From NCBI GenBank assembly GCA_026770705.1, contig JANJGN010000150.1, forward strand, positions 248,001 through 312,000: a stretch of 64,000 nt of DNA, given 5' to 3'. The notes beneath the pieces were generated by a model. It did no database searches. It saw nothing but the letters and a program-made list of their open reading frames with translations, and was not told where the DNA came from. Shown in pieces: positions 34,640-47,516 of this stretch (position 1 is its first letter; each line of letters begins with the position of its first letter). This DNA is from Isurus oxyrinchus (Eukaryota). Made by a program: the position numbers and the translations under genes.

Positions 34640-35260
34640 CCTTCGTATCAGAGAGGCATTCCAGCACAGTGGGAACCCATTCAGCCCATTGAGTCCATGC
34701 TGTCTCTCTGTAGAGCAATACAGTCAGTCCCATTTCCCCCGCTCTATCCCCGTATCCCTGCAAGTTTATTTCCCCTCAAGTGTCCAACCAATTTCCTTTT
34801 GAAATCGTTCGTCTCCGCTTCCACCATCCTCGTAGGCAGCGAGTTCCAGCTCATTACCACTCGCTGTGTAAAAAAGTTACTCCTCACATCCCCCCTCTGC
34901 CCAAAACCTTCAATCTGTGTCCCCCAGTCCTTGTCCCATCAGCTAATGGCAACAGCTTCTCTTTGTCTGCCTTATCTAAACCCATCATCATCTTGTACAC
35001 CTCGATCAGATCCCCCCTCAATCTCCTTTGCTCCAAGGAGAACAACCCCAGCTTCTCCAACCCAACCTTGTAGCTAAAATCCCTCATCCCTGGACCCATT
35101 CTGCTCAATCTCCTCCCCACCCTCTCAAGGACCCTCACTTCCTTCCCAAAGTGAGGAGACCAGAACTGGACACAATACTCTAGTTGTCACCTAAACAGAG
35201 CTTTATAAATGTTCAGCATAACCTCCCTGTGTTTGTACTCAATCCCTCGATTTATGAAAA
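34640..35260 (-). mobile_element. CR1 LINE 3' fragment
   Basis: LEKLGLFSLEQRRLRGDLIEVYKMM motif. Confidence 0.85.
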
Positions 35261-35969
35261 GCTTATTCTTTCCATCAGCACAAACAGCAATTTCCAAGCG
35301 GACTCCCATCAGCAGACAGAGTGCAATGAAACATCGGCATGCCTGCTTCTTAATGTACGGAGAGAAACCTGGAACGAGAGATTCTCCTTCTTCTCCTCAG
35401 CAAGCTGAAACTTTTCCTTATACCTGGTGCTCCCCAGTCCTGCTGTGTGGACACATCATAACCACGGCATTGTCTGGCTGTGTGCAGCCAACATGGTCGA
35501 ATAGGAATGAACAGAAATGTGACATTGCTAAACTCTGTTCTCTGATTGGAATGTGCTTTCTGAATGCTGCACCTTTTTCATGCTACGATAGATTGTAGGA
35601 AGCATTTGGGTTATGAATAAAATTACATTGATTAACACAAGTGATTAAAATGCTCAGGCTGTTCTGTAGATATTTAAAGATTAAAATTCTTGTTTTGCTG
35701 CAAAATACTTGGCTCAAAGACATTACTTCATATTGTCATGTTTTCCAATCAGATGAATTCCTCTGTCCATCTTTATAATAGAAATTTCCAATGTAAACAT
35801 GTCACATTGTAGCTGCACACACTTGCCAGTGGCTGGTGTGATATCAAAGCTGTCTTGCTGTCGAGAAACAGCGAGAAATATTCCTGTTGTGTGCATGAAC
35901 TTCATGTTAGCATGAGACACAGGCATCAGATACAATTTTGTGCAATTTGTACAATGTTCTTTAGACAGC

Positions 35970-36515
35970 GGAGCACTCCCTCAGTACTGACCCTCCAACA
36001 GTGCTGCACTCCCTCAGTTCAGACCCTCCTACAGTGCAGCACTCCCTCAGATCAGACCCTCCGACAATGCAGCACTCCCTCAGTTCAAACCCTCCGACAG
36101 TGCAGCACTCCCTCAGTTCAGACCCTCCGACTTTGCAGCACTCCCTCAGTTCAAACCCTCAGACAGTGCAGCACTCCCTCAGTTCAGAACCTCCGACAGT
36201 GCAGCACTCTCTCAGTTCAGACCCTCCGACAGTGCAGCCCTCCCTCATTTCAGACCCTCCGACAGTGCAGCACTCCCTCAGTTCAGGCCTCCGACAGTGC
36301 AGCACTCCTTCAGTTCAGACCCTCCGACAGTGCAGCACTCCCTCAGTTCAAACCATCCGACAGTGCAGCACTCCCTCAGTTCAAACCCTCCGACAGTGCA
36401 GCTCTCCCTCAGTTCAGAGCCTCCGACAGTGCAGCACTCCCTCAGTTCAGACCCTCCGACAGTGCAGCACTCCCTCAGTACTGAACCTCCGACAGTGCCG
36501 CACTACCTCAGTACT
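35970..36515 (+). repeat. 33-bp satellite variant (cagttcagaccctccga)
   Basis: About 16 tandem units. Confidence 0.92.
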
Positions 36516-38009
36516 TCTCTGCCGATGCTGCCAGACCTGCTGAGTTTTTCCAGGTATTTCTGTTTCTGTTTCTGTTTTGGATTTCCAGCATCTGCAGTTT
36601 TTTTGCTTTTAGTGCTGGGCAGTTCCTCAGCAAGGATTCGGGCCACAAAACATTGCGAGTGCTGTGGATCTGCGCCACGATTTAGAGAGCTGTGCTTGGC
36701 ATGCCTATTCTAGTCCCAGTCCAGTGTGGTGGGGACAGCCTGGCAGTCCTGGGTTGGTGGTGCCCAGCATGGTGTGAGTGACGTGGTCAGTCCCTCACAC
36801 ACGTCCATCCTGGGGGTGGGTGGCTTGATACTAGGCCGCAGGTGGCACAATCCCAGTCAGGGGAGGCATCTGCAGCCTGTCAGTGGGGAGCAGGTAATAT
36901 AGAGAGTAGGGGTGGGGGTGGGAATCGAGGGGGGCCGGTGGTCTCTGTAAGTCACAGTACAATGGGCCTCTAGTTGGAGAGAGGTCAGGTCTACATGGGG
37001 CATTGGGATGTCAACATCAGACAGTCTAGGGAGGAGGACTGGGATGTCAACCCCGAACACAATAAGATCAAGGATTAGAGAGGAAGGGAGGAGACTGATT
37101 GGAAGGAGGGGAATGTGCACATTATGCTCCTCCAGCACGATGGGAGGGACTGTGATGGTTACGGGGGTGGGGGGGGTGAAGTGGGAGGGGATAGACGCTT
37201 ACCTGGTGGTATTGCCTCAGCCTCACCCTTTTTCAAGCTGATCCAATGTCGCAGTTGAAGAATAAGCTACAAAACAAATTGGCAGGGGAGGTCTCCCAGG
37301 GCCTGTGGGAGACATCACCCACTGCATCTTTGGCCTGTTTGAAGGGGCACCCGAACAATTCCGGCTTTTCCAAATGATGAGGAAGACACAGCTGCACCCC
37401 GAGTCCCCTACTGGGGATCCAGAAGGTTGCAATAGCGCTGCGAGGGACTCATGGGCTCCACAGTGACTCCCTAATTAGCGACTGGAAGGTTTATGTTCAT
37501 TTATCTTTATTATCCGTTCATATTGAGCAATGGAGCTCCTGATCTGACACCTTTCTGTACCTCGTCCAATGCTTCTGTTATCAGGACTTCCACATCGATG
37601 TGAAAGAGCCATGATGATAGCAGACAGTCGCACAATGGGAATGGCACTAGGCCAGTGATCCAGAGGCCCAGGTGAATGCTTTGGAGGTACGGGTTCAAAT
37701 CCCACCACGGCAGCTGGAGGAATTTAGATTCGATTAATCAATAAATTTAATTGATTGATACATTTTTTTCTTATTCATTTCAGGGATGTTGGTGTCGCTG
37801 ACTAGGCCAGTATTTGTTGCCCATCCCCATTTGCCTTTGAGAACATATGGATATCTGAGTTAGGATCAGGAGTAGGTCACTCAGTCCCTCGAACCTGCTC
37901 CGCCATTCAGTAAGATCATGGCTGATCTGATTGTCACCTCAACCTCACATTCCTGCCTACCCCCAATGACCTTTCACCCCATTGTTAATCAAGAATCTAT
38001 CTAGCTCTG

Positions 38010-39782
38010 TGGAAGGGGAGCCAATCAATCGGGCTGCTTTGTCCTGGATGGTGTCAAGCTTCTTGAGTGTTGTTGGAGCTGCACTCATCCAGGCATGTGG
38101 AGAGTATTCCATCACACTCCTGACTTGTGCGTTGTAGATGGTGGACAGGCTTTGGGGAGTCAGGAGGTGAGTTACTGTCTGCAGGGTTCCCAGCCTCTGA
38201 CCTGCTCTTGCAGCCACAGTGTTTATATGGCTGGTCCAGTTCAGTTTCTGCTCAATGGTAACTCCCAGGATGTTGATATTGGGGGATTCAGTGATGGTAA
38301 TGCCATTGAATGCCAAGGGGCGATGGTTATGAATGGTCTGTGGGATATTCTGGTACAAAATGTCAACACTCGGACTCCAGATGCAATATTCAAGTGGTTC
38401 CTTTATTAGGCATGTGGGGAGCAAACGCTGAGCAGTCCAGGCGCTTCTCCACCGAAGTTCAAATGAGCACAGTTTATATATTTTTTACTCTCAGTTACAA
38501 GGTAATGGTATTAGTTAGACAAAGGCCACAGCACAATGACCCTCCGGTGGGCTGATAATTGTGTTCTTGTACAGTAATTACAGGGCAGAGACTGGCTATT
38601 GTCCTTTTGAGACAGCAAAGAATCTATGTTTGTTCGATACAAAAGGTTTCCGGAGGCTGACTGGATGTGGTTCAAGGCCATCGGACGGTGTGAAATAACC
38701 TTCCCCAATTCTTGATTGAGTCACCCTGTGTCCTTGTGTGTGTGTCTCCCATTTCCTCATTGCAAATTTCCAGCTGAGCCCTCTGTACAGGTTTTTAGCT
38801 TTCACGTAAGGATGTGATTGTCTGTGTACGCTTTGTCACCCTAGCTGCTGGTCCTGGCTGGCTCTTTAAAATAAATCCAAATTTTCTGCGCCTTCAGTTA
38901 GATTCTCTCTTGTTGGAGCTGGTCATTGCCTGGCACTTGTGTGGCATGAATGTTACTTGTCACCTGTCAGCCCAAGCCTGGTTGTTGTCCAGGTCTTGCT
39001 GCATTTGGACATAACTTGCTTCAGTATCTGAGGAGCCATGAATGATGCTGAACATTGTGCAAACATCAGCAAACATCCCCACTTCTGACCTTATGATGGA
39101 AGGAAGGTCATTGATGAAGCAGTTGAAGATGTTTGAGCCTAGGACACTACCCTGAGTAACTCCTGCAGTGATGTCCTGGAACTGAGATGATTGACCCCCA
39201 ATAATCACAACCATCGTCCTTTGTGCTGGGTATGACTCCAAGCAGCAGAGAGTTTTCCCCCGATTCCCATTGACTCCAGTTTTGCTCGGGCTCCTTGTTT
39301 TGCCACACTCAGTCAAATGCTGCCTTGATGTCAAGGGCAGTCACTCTCACCTCACCTCTGGAGTTCAGCTCATTTGTGCATGTTTGAACCAAGGCTGTAA
39401 TGAGGCCAGGAGCTGAATGATCCTGGTGGAACACAAACTGAGCGTCAGTGAGCAGGTTCTTGGTAAGCAGGTGCTGCTTGCAAGCGCTGTTGATGACCCC
39501 TTCCATCACTTTAGTAATGATCAAGAATAGACTGCTGGGGAATTGGCTGGGTTGGATTTGTCCTGCTTTTTGTGTACAGGACGTACCCCATAGCCGGGTA
39601 GTTGCCAGTGTTGCAGCTGTACTAGAAAATTCCAGAAAAGCTTGGCTAGGGGCGCAGCAAGTTCTGGAGCACAAGTCTTCAGTACTATTGCTGGAATAAT
39701 GTCAGGGTCTGGAGCATTTGCAATATCCAGTGCCTTCAGCCCTTCCTTGATATCACGTGGAATTAATCGAATTGGCTAAAGA
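38010..39782 (-). mobile_element. CR1/L2-clade LINE RT fragment interrupted by a solo LTR
   Basis: ALDIKAAFD, GVTQGSVLG..FINDL..MFADV, ILGVTIEQKLNWTSHI, QVRSVMEYSP. Confidence 0.9.
38330..38896 (-). mobile_element. Solo LTR, 567 bp
   Basis: TGAA...TTCA termini and 4-bp TSD GTTA (38326-38329, 38897-38900). Minus-strand TATA near 38478, AATAAA near 38405. The LINE sequence resumes exactly across it. Confidence 0.85.
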
Positions 39783-40439
39783 TTGTACCTTTCGCTCACT
39801 CTGTAACTCTCCCTTTCCTGTTAATTTCTCTCTCTTGGACAATCTCTCTTCTCTTTTCACTTTCCCTCACTCTGCATCTCTTTAATTTCTCCCTCTGTCA
39901 CTCTCTCCCACCTATTTTCTTTCCCTTTCACCCCTCCCCGTCCCACTCTCTGTCTCTCTCTTCCAATCCCTCCCTCCCCCATTCCATCCCTCTCTCCGAC
40001 TCTCGAATCCCAGCCTCTCTTTAACCCACTCCCAGGCTGGATCAGTCTCCCTCTCACTATTCCCGGCGTGGGTTACATTTAAAATTCCTGTGGGGATATG
40101 TTCACTTCCTTGGAATTGCCTCTTCCCAGCTTTGCAAAAAAATTGAGGGGGGGCTCGATTTCAAACATGCCTCCTGAGTATAACCGAGACAGACTGCCAC
40201 TGAAATCAGCTTGAAATCAGAAAACTTTCTGTGGAAGAAACGAGCAGGGAGAAACCTTAAAATAAGGAATGAATTTCCACCTACCGTGTCCGGGGAATCC
40301 ACAGATTTCTCAATCGTCGAAGAACCTAAAGCAGTGTCAACCTGCAAAAAGAAAGAATTTATCAGGGAGAAAGTGAGAGGAGGATTGAGGGAGAGGGAGA
40401 GAGAGAGAGAGAGGTACAGGAGAGAGAGGGGGAGGAGGA

Positions 40440-41010
40440 CAGACTTGCATTTCTCTAACGCCTTTCACCACATCCCAAAGCATTTCACAGCCACTGAAGG
40501 ATGTTTTTGAAGTGCACTCACACTGTAGGAAATGTGGCAGCTGATTTGTGCACAGCAAGATCCCACAAATAGCAATGTGATCATGGCCTAGATCATCTGT
40601 TTTTGGTGATGTTGGTTGAGGGATAAATATTGGTCCCAGGACACCGGGGAGAACACCCCCTGCTCTTCCTCCAAATAGTGGCTGTGGGATCTTTCACACC
40701 CGCCCGAGAGGGCAGACGGGGGACTCAGTTTAATGTCTCATTCAACATTGTTGTGCTCCCTCAGTACTAACCCTTTGACACTGCAGCACTCCCTCAGTAC
40801 TGACCGTCCGACAGTGCAACACTTCCACAGTACTGACCCTGTAACAATGCAGCACTTCCTCAGTACTGACTTCCGACAGTATAGCACTCACTCAGTACTG
40901 TCCCTCCAATAGTGCAACACTTCCACACTACTGACCCTCTGACAGTGCAGCACTCCCTCAGCACGGAGTGTTGACCTACGTTATGGGACTGAATTCCCTG
41001 GAGTGAGACT
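40440..41010 (-). mobile_element. Deu-domain SINE with an internal 33-bp expansion
   Basis: Recognisable Deu-domain text (ccccgtctgccctctc..aagatccca..gaagagcagggg..aatatttatccctcaaccaacatcac). Confidence 0.75.
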
Positions 41011-41039
41011 CAGACCAGAGATTTAGGTAGGGTTGTTCC

Positions 41040-41880
41040 GGCTGGAGGAGGTTACAGAGATAGGGAGGGTTGTAGAGGCTGTAGGAGGTAACAGAGATAG
41101 GGAGGATTCTAGAAGCTGTAGGAGGTTACAGAGATAGGGAGGGTTGTAGGGGCTGTAGGAGGTTACAGAGATAGGGAGGTGAGTAGGGGCTGTAGGAGGT
41201 TAAAGAGATGGGGGGGTTGTGGGGGCTGGAGGAGGTTACAGAGGTAGGGAGGGTTGTAGAGGCTGGAGGAGGTTACCAAAATAGATACTGTTGTAGGGGC
41301 CACAGTAGGTTACAGAGATAGGGAGAGTTATAGTGTGGAGAGGACGTTATAGAGTTCATGAGCATTGTAGGGGCTGGAGGAGGTTACAGTGATTCTGAGG
41401 GTCGTGGGGCCTGGAGGAGGTTACAGAGATAGGGAGGGTTGTAGGGTCTGGAGGAGGTTACAGAGATAGGGAGGGTTGTAGGGGCTGGAGCAGGTTACAG
41501 AGATAGGGAGGGTTGTAGGGTCTAGAGGAGGTTACAGTGATCATGAGGGTTGTGGGGCCTGGGGGAGGTTACAGAGATAGGTAGGGTTGTAGGGGCTGGA
41601 GGAGGTAACAGAGATAGGGACAGTTGTAGGGGCTGGAGGAAGTTACAGAGATAGGGAGGGTTGTAGGGGCTGGAGGAGGTTACAGAGATAGGGAGGGTTG
41701 TAGGGGCTGGAGGAGTTTACAGAGATAGGGAGGGTTGTACGGGCTGGAGGAGGTTACAGAGATAGGGAGGGTTGTAGCGGCTGGAGAAGGTTACAGAGAT
41801 AGGGAGGGGTGTAGGGGCTGGAGGAGGTTACAGAGATAGGGAGGGTTGTAAGGCCTGGAGGAGGTTACAGAGATAGGGAG
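41040..41880 (+). repeat. About 37-bp minisatellite (ggggctggaggaggttacagagatagggagggttgta)
   Basis: Tandem periodicity; inverted copy at 55190-55995. Confidence 0.95.
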
Positions 41881-42244
41881 TCGCTGAGGAGGGATTGAAA
41901 ACAAGAATGAGAATTTCAGGGGAAACGACAGAAGGAAATGATGTTAAATTCATAGAGGGCGACAATATTAAAGGCACGAACATAATAATATCAAACTGCG
42001 GAAGAGACCAGTCTATCTGGGTGGTAGACGTAGAGTCATGTGCAAGAAACACCTCACCCAGAGGGACATCTCTTAGCTTACCCTCGACAAGGAGAAGAAG
42101 TGACTCAGCTGCAGGGAGAGCAGCAAAGTCAGAGTGAACAAGACAAGTCGCCATTTCATCTGGGAGCTTCCCATCTCTGCCTGTCTCTTCTGATCTTCTG
42201 GCTCTGCTTTGATGCTTTGGTTTGTAACTAGAGGAGCTTCCTGC

Positions 42245-42460
42245 TCTTATACCTGAAACACTTGAAGGGGACAGCCGCGGGTGGGTAGCTGTGTGGTATC
42301 ACACCCATTTCTGGATATTGCAGTGTCGATGTTCCCTGTCCCACTGGCCTGGGACCAGCAGTAAGGTCACTGGGACATTGACTGTCTGGCGCCGAGAACT
42401 ATCAGTCCCTCCGCAACGCCCTTCACCTTGTGCAAATATGTGTTCATATTGACGCAACAC
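42245..42460 (-). promoter_or_regulatory. Promoter of copy 1: TATA, GGCGCC (BMP-RE-like), two C/EBP-like sites
   Basis: TATAAGA near 42245-42251, GGCGCC 42388-42393, TTGCACAA 42428-42435, TTGCGTCA 42450-42457. Confidence 0.55.
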
Positions 42461-43119
42461 AACATAGCAAAAACATAGGGGCTGGTTCTTATGTCGGCAA
42501 ATCAGGTGAAGCGCACGCCCCCTAACCCCTTACTCCTCTCATTGCTACACTTACTATTTTACAAATTGTGTGCGTTGCTTTTATTTTGGACAAGGGGCCT
42601 CGAGGGGGAACTGATTTACAATTTGTAACCTCCTCCAGCCCCTACAACACTCCCTATCTCTGTAACCTCCTCCAGCCCCTACAACCCTCCCTATCTCTGT
42701 AACCTCCTCCAGCCCCTGTAACCCTCCCCATCTCTTGAAGGGTTCTCAAAATTTCCAACTGTCAAGGAACCCTGGGTTGGTGAGCGTGACCCCTGACCTC
42801 TCCTAGTGCAATTTAGTTAGGGTTTGGAAGTGGGACAAGGGTAAGGGCATTAGTAGCATGATTCTCCCTCGTTATGCCGTGTGTTCCCCATTCTTAACTC
42901 AGTGTACTTTGTAAGTCTGTATAATCTCAGTGTCATCCTAATGTTAGAAGTTCATTTGTGACTTCAGTAAACTCAGTTTTTGTCTTGCACCAAAACCAGT
43001 TGTCTGCTGCACTTTGTGACAAGCCCCGAATAAGTCCAAGGTCTAGAACCCAGGGAGTGGGAGTGATTCAGACGGCTCAGAAGTCGCAGGTGAAGCTGAC
43101 ACACACCACCACACTCTAC

Positions 43120-43565
43120 AAGGGGCTGAATGGCCTCCTCCTGTTCCTGTATAACGGACATAAGTGGCAGAATGGCCTCCTCCTGTTCCTGTACAACGGA
43201 CATAAGTGGCAGAATGGCCTCCTCTTGTTCCTGTGTAACGGACATAAGTGGCAGAATGGCCTCCTCCTGTTTCTGTGTAACAGTCTTGAGGGGGCTGAAT
43301 GGCCTCCTCCTGTTTCTGTGTAACAGTCTTGAGGGGGCTGAATGGCCTCCTCCTGTTCCTGTGTAACAGTCTTGAGGGGACTGAATGGCCTCCTCCTGTT
43401 CCTGTGTAACAGTCTTGAGGGGGCTGAATGGCCTCCTCCTGTTCCTGTGTAACAGTCTTGAGGGGACTGAATGGCCTCCTCCTGTTCCTGTGTAACAGGC
43501 TTGAGGGGGCTGAATGGCCTCCTCCTGTTCCTGTGTAACAGGCTCAAGGGGCTGAATGGCCTCCT
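43120..43565 (-). repeat. About 43-bp minisatellite family, reverse orientation
   Basis: gaatggcctcctcctgttcctgtgtaacag units. Confidence 0.92.
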
Positions 43566-43814
43566 TCTGCACTGTAAACTTGTTGTGATACTGTAACTGC
43601 CTCTTTGGTTTCATTCAGCTGAATCTTCAGCTCTTCAGTCTCTTCCTTGTATCTCTTGCCTTCCTCCTGGAACATTGGACATGGTTGGGTCTTCCCTGCC
43701 AACTGTTTCTTCAGTTTGCTCAGAGCGGCACAGAATTCGCTTTCTTTCTCTTCAGGATTTTCCAGTGGAACCAACTCTGACCTGAGGGACACTTGCAGCC
43801 TGTGAGGATGCTTC

Positions 43815-44932
43815 AATTCTTCAAACTCATTCCGAGATACACTCTCATATTCCCCCAGCAACTCAGCAACTCCTCCAGTGAAACATTTCAGAGCAGCTGA
43901 GCTTGGTTTTCTGGAACCAGTCTCGGCCCAGAAGACTAGGGCCCTCACCTGTCGCTATGATCACTGGAAGCTGGGCTGTCTGCTGCCTGTAGGACACAGG
44001 TACTGGGATGAGGTCCTTTCCCTGTATGGATTCTCCAGTGTGTGTCTTCAGCTGATCCATTGTTGGCTCTAAATTCAGCGTCTGGGTTCCTTCATTTAGC
44101 TGTTTAAATGTGGGCTCTTCCACCACTGTGTCTGAGGCTCCCGTATCTGCCCCATTACTAGTGGCTGCCCATTCACTTGGGTTGTGATGGTTATAGGTTC
44201 AGTTTTTACCACTGTGACATTGGACAGGGAATAGACATCGGTATCAGCAGCTTCAGGCTCTGTGATATTATTCACTTCCATCATGTTGGTGCACTGTCTG
44301 ATGGGCTGTCTCGATTTCACCCTGCATTGCTTTATTACCCACCCCTTTCTTGTGGCAGTGATGGCATTCTGCCCCCTTGAACCTGCAGGTGTCCAGTGCG
44401 TGCTCAATGCCCCCCACATCGAGAACAGGCCAACTTCGGAGTTGCTGCTGAAATACTCCCACGAAGCCTTTTAGTTTCTGGAGCGGCAGAGACTGTCTCT
44501 CGCTTGGCGGCTGTCTCTCTCCCTCTCTCTCCAGTTTGAGCCTCACGCCCGGTGGTTGTTTCCTGTCCCAGCTGAGGACTGGCGCCATGTTGTACATCCT
44601 GTAAATCCCGCCAGTCTCTCCCAGCACTTTCCATGCCTGGCGCTATTTCCATGGTGCGTTTCAAATCGATGTCGGCTTCTGCGAGTAAACGGCTCTGAAT
44701 GGCGTTGGGGTGAACGACACAAACCAATCGGCCCCGCAACATGTCATTGAGTGTGTCTCCGAGGTCCCAGTGCTCAGTCACCTGCTTCCACTTCACTGTA
44801 TAGGTTGCGATGGACTCTCCCGGGGCCCTTACTCTGGAGTTAAACTTAAACCTTTTCATTATTACCCACGGCTTCAGCTGAAAATACATCTTCATGAGGT
44901 CGACTAATTGGTGAAAAGATTTAGAATTGGGT
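43815..44932 (-). mobile_element. Degenerate Gypsy gag-protease fragment
   Basis: KRFKFNSRVRAPGESI..LNDMLRGRLVC, Zn-knuckle CSRCGGH and CHHCHKKG, GPSLLGRDW. Related to the element at 3106. Confidence 0.88.
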
Positions 44933-45222
44933 GTAATACACGTCACTGTCTTCAGCTCTGAGACTGTCAATCCTCACCAAACAATTCTTCCCTTCCAAGT
45001 CGCCGATTATTTTAGCACGTCCCACGAATGTGGCCATCCCATAGTTGGGATCTTTGGTATATGTGATGATATATTTCCATCTATACCAATATTTATACCA
45101 AGCTCCGTGCAGTGCTGTGTAAGAGTGGGAAGGAAAGTCAAAGCTACACGGAATAACCACACAAGAGCTGCTGATGGCCCTCCGAGGCAGCGCCTTCATA
45201 GACCATCCCTCTGACGTCACTC
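44921..45222 (-). pseudogene. Gene D V-set exon (MAG/sialoadhesin-like), truncated
   Basis: GWSM..SSCVVIPCSFDFP..LHGAWY..FVGRAKIIGDLEGKNC..DSDVYY, then Gypsy-derived TQF*. Acceptor cctttcag. Confidence 0.85.
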
Positions 45223-45289
45223 CTGAAAGGCAACAAGGGAGGGGACTGAACATCAAAAAGCAGAATATTACTTCAATTGAGAGAGTCTA

Positions 45290-45730
45290 CAGAATGCGGT
45301 ACAGAGGGATCTGGGTGTCCTTGTACATGAATCACAGAAAGTCAGCATTCAGGAACAGCACGGAATGAGGAAGGCAAGTGGAATGTTGGCCTTTATTGCA
45401 AAGGGATGGAGTATAAAAGGAGGGAAGTCTTGCTACAACTGTACAGGGCGTTGGTGAGATTGTATCAGGAGCAGTGTGTACAGTTCTGGTCTCCTTACTT
45501 AGGGAGGGATAGACTCTGCATTGGAGGCAGCTCAGAGGAGGTTCACTGGGCTGATTCCTGGGATGAAGGGGGTTTGTCTTATGAGGAAATGTTGAGCAGG
45601 TTGGGCCCTGTATCCATTGGAGTTTAGAAGAATGAGAGGTGATCTTATTGAAACATATAAGATTCTGAGGTGGTGGGGGGTTTGACAGGGTCGATGCTGA
45701 GGGGATGTTACCCCTTGTGGGGGAATCCTG
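45290..45730 (+). mobile_element. CR1 LINE fragment
   Basis: MEYKRREVLLQLYRALVR..VQFWSPYL. Confidence 0.85.
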
Positions 45731-46042
45731 TGAAGCAATAAGGATGTTTTACTGCATTAAAGGTGCTGTATAAATGCACTGTCATTCCTATTGAAACAAG
45801 CTCTCTGATGCACAAACAGAAAATGCTGGAAAAACTCAGCAGGTCTGACAGCATCTGTGGAGAGAGAAACAGAGTTGGTGTTTCGAGTCCGTATGAGACT
45901 TTTGCTTTTGCTATATTCTCTGACTTGCTATTCACTCACTCTCTGTGTGATCACTAACCCTGTTCTCTAAAATTAAATGTTCACTTCCTCACTCCAGGAA
46001 AGAATCCAATTCCCTGAGTTCCGATCAGTAATGAATTTGTAC

Positions 46043-46088
46043 CTTGCAGCAAGCTGATGAAGATCAGTATCAGACCGACCTCTCCCAT
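46043..46088 (-). CDS. Gene D leader exon (MGEVGLILIFISLLQ)
   Basis: ATG at 46088, SLLQ-G|GTAC phase-1 donor like the gene A leader, acceptor at 46103-46104. Confidence 0.8.
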
Positions 46089-46354
46089 CTTCAGTTCCTC
46101 ATCTAAATGGAAATGATAAAGACAGAGACTTTTTCAGAAATTGTCCCCAGCGTTTCTTCCTCAAACAACAACAACTTGTGTTTAAATGGCACCTTTCAGG
46201 GAATTAAACAGCCCCAGGGAATTATCCAATGTCAAGACAAGGAAGGAGAGATTGAGAAGGGACATCGCAAACTGATTCACCAAACACGGCAAAAATTCAT
46301 TGTTCCCTCACTCCCTCTGCTCGGTGTCCAGCTTTTTCTCTCAGTGAGTTTAGT

Positions 46355-47275
46355 CCTCACAATCTCTATCTATCGCACTCTTCTGCTCTATCTCTCTCTC
46401 TCACACACACATTCTCTCTCTAACACTCACAATCTCTCTCTATCACACTCTTCTGCTCTCTCTCTCTCTCTCACACACACACATTCTCTCTCTAACACTC
46501 ACAATCTCTCTCTATCGCACTCTTCTGCTCTATCTCTCTCTCACACACACATTCTCTCTCTAACACTCACAATCTCTCTCTATCACACTCTTCTGCTCTA
46601 TCTCTCTCTCTCTCACACACACATTCTCTCTCTAACACTCACAATCTCTCTCTATCACACTCTTCTGCTCTCTCTCTCTCTCACACACACACATTCTCTC
46701 TAACAAACACAATCTCTCTCTATCACACTCTTCTGCTCTCTCTCTCTCTCTCACACACACACATTCTCTCTCTAACACTCACAATCTCTCTCTATCGCAC
46801 TCTTCTGCTCTATCTCTCTCTCTCACACACACATTCTCTCTCTAACACTCACAATCTCTCTCTATCACACTCTTCTGCTCTATCTCTCTCTCTATCGCAC
46901 ACACATTCTCTCTCTAACACTCACAATCTCTCTCTATCACACTCTTCTGCTCTATCTCTCTCTCTCTCTCACACACATTCTCTCTCTAACACTCACAATC
47001 TCTCTCTATCACACTCTTCTGCTCTCTCTCTCTCTCACACACACACACATTCTCTCTCTAACACTCACAATCTCTCTCTATCACACTCTTCTCCTCTATC
47101 TCTCTCTCTCACACACACACCTTCTCTCTCTAACACTCACAATCTCTCTCTATCACACTCTTCTGCTCTATCTCTCTCTCACACACACACACATTCTCTC
47201 TCTAACACTCACATCTCTCTCTATCGCACTCTTCTGCTCTCTCTCTCTCTCACACACACACTCTCTCTCAAACAC
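46355..47275 (+). repeat. Compound CT/CA-rich tandem repeat (unit about 65-75 bp)
   Basis: cactcttctgctc(tc)n(ac)nattctctctctaacactcacaatctctctctat units; inverted copy at 51270-51730. Confidence 0.93.
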
Positions 47276-47516
47276 ACACTGTCAGAGGGTCAGTACTGAG
47301 GGAGTGCTGCACTGTCAGAGGGTCAGTACTGAGGGAGTGCTGCACTGTCAGAGGGTCAGTACTGAGGGAGTGCTGCACTGTCAGAGGGTCAGTACTGAGG
47401 TAGTGCTGCGCTGTCAGAGGGTCAGTAGTGAGGGAGTGCTGCACTGTCAGAGGGTCAGTACTGAGGGAGTGCTGCACTGTCAGAGGGTCAGTACTGAGGG
47501 AGTGCTGCACTGTCAG
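47276..47516 (-). repeat. 33-bp satellite
   Basis: About 7 units. Confidence 0.9.

Larger units (their letters stand above)
40161..42174 (-). pseudogene. Hepcidin-like prepropeptide gene, copy 1 (exons 42174-42082, 40341-40285, 40199-40161)
   Basis: MGSSQMKWRLVLFTLTLLLSLQLSHFFSLSR | VDTALGSSTIEKSVDSPDT | WQSVSVILRRHV*. Phase-0 introns of about 1.7 kb and 85 bp, TATA upstream. Signal exon solid; family assignment is inference. Confidence 0.55.

Noticed and set aside
37685-37715. tRNA-like ggttcaaatccc
   Set aside because: SINE head box B with no cloverleaf.
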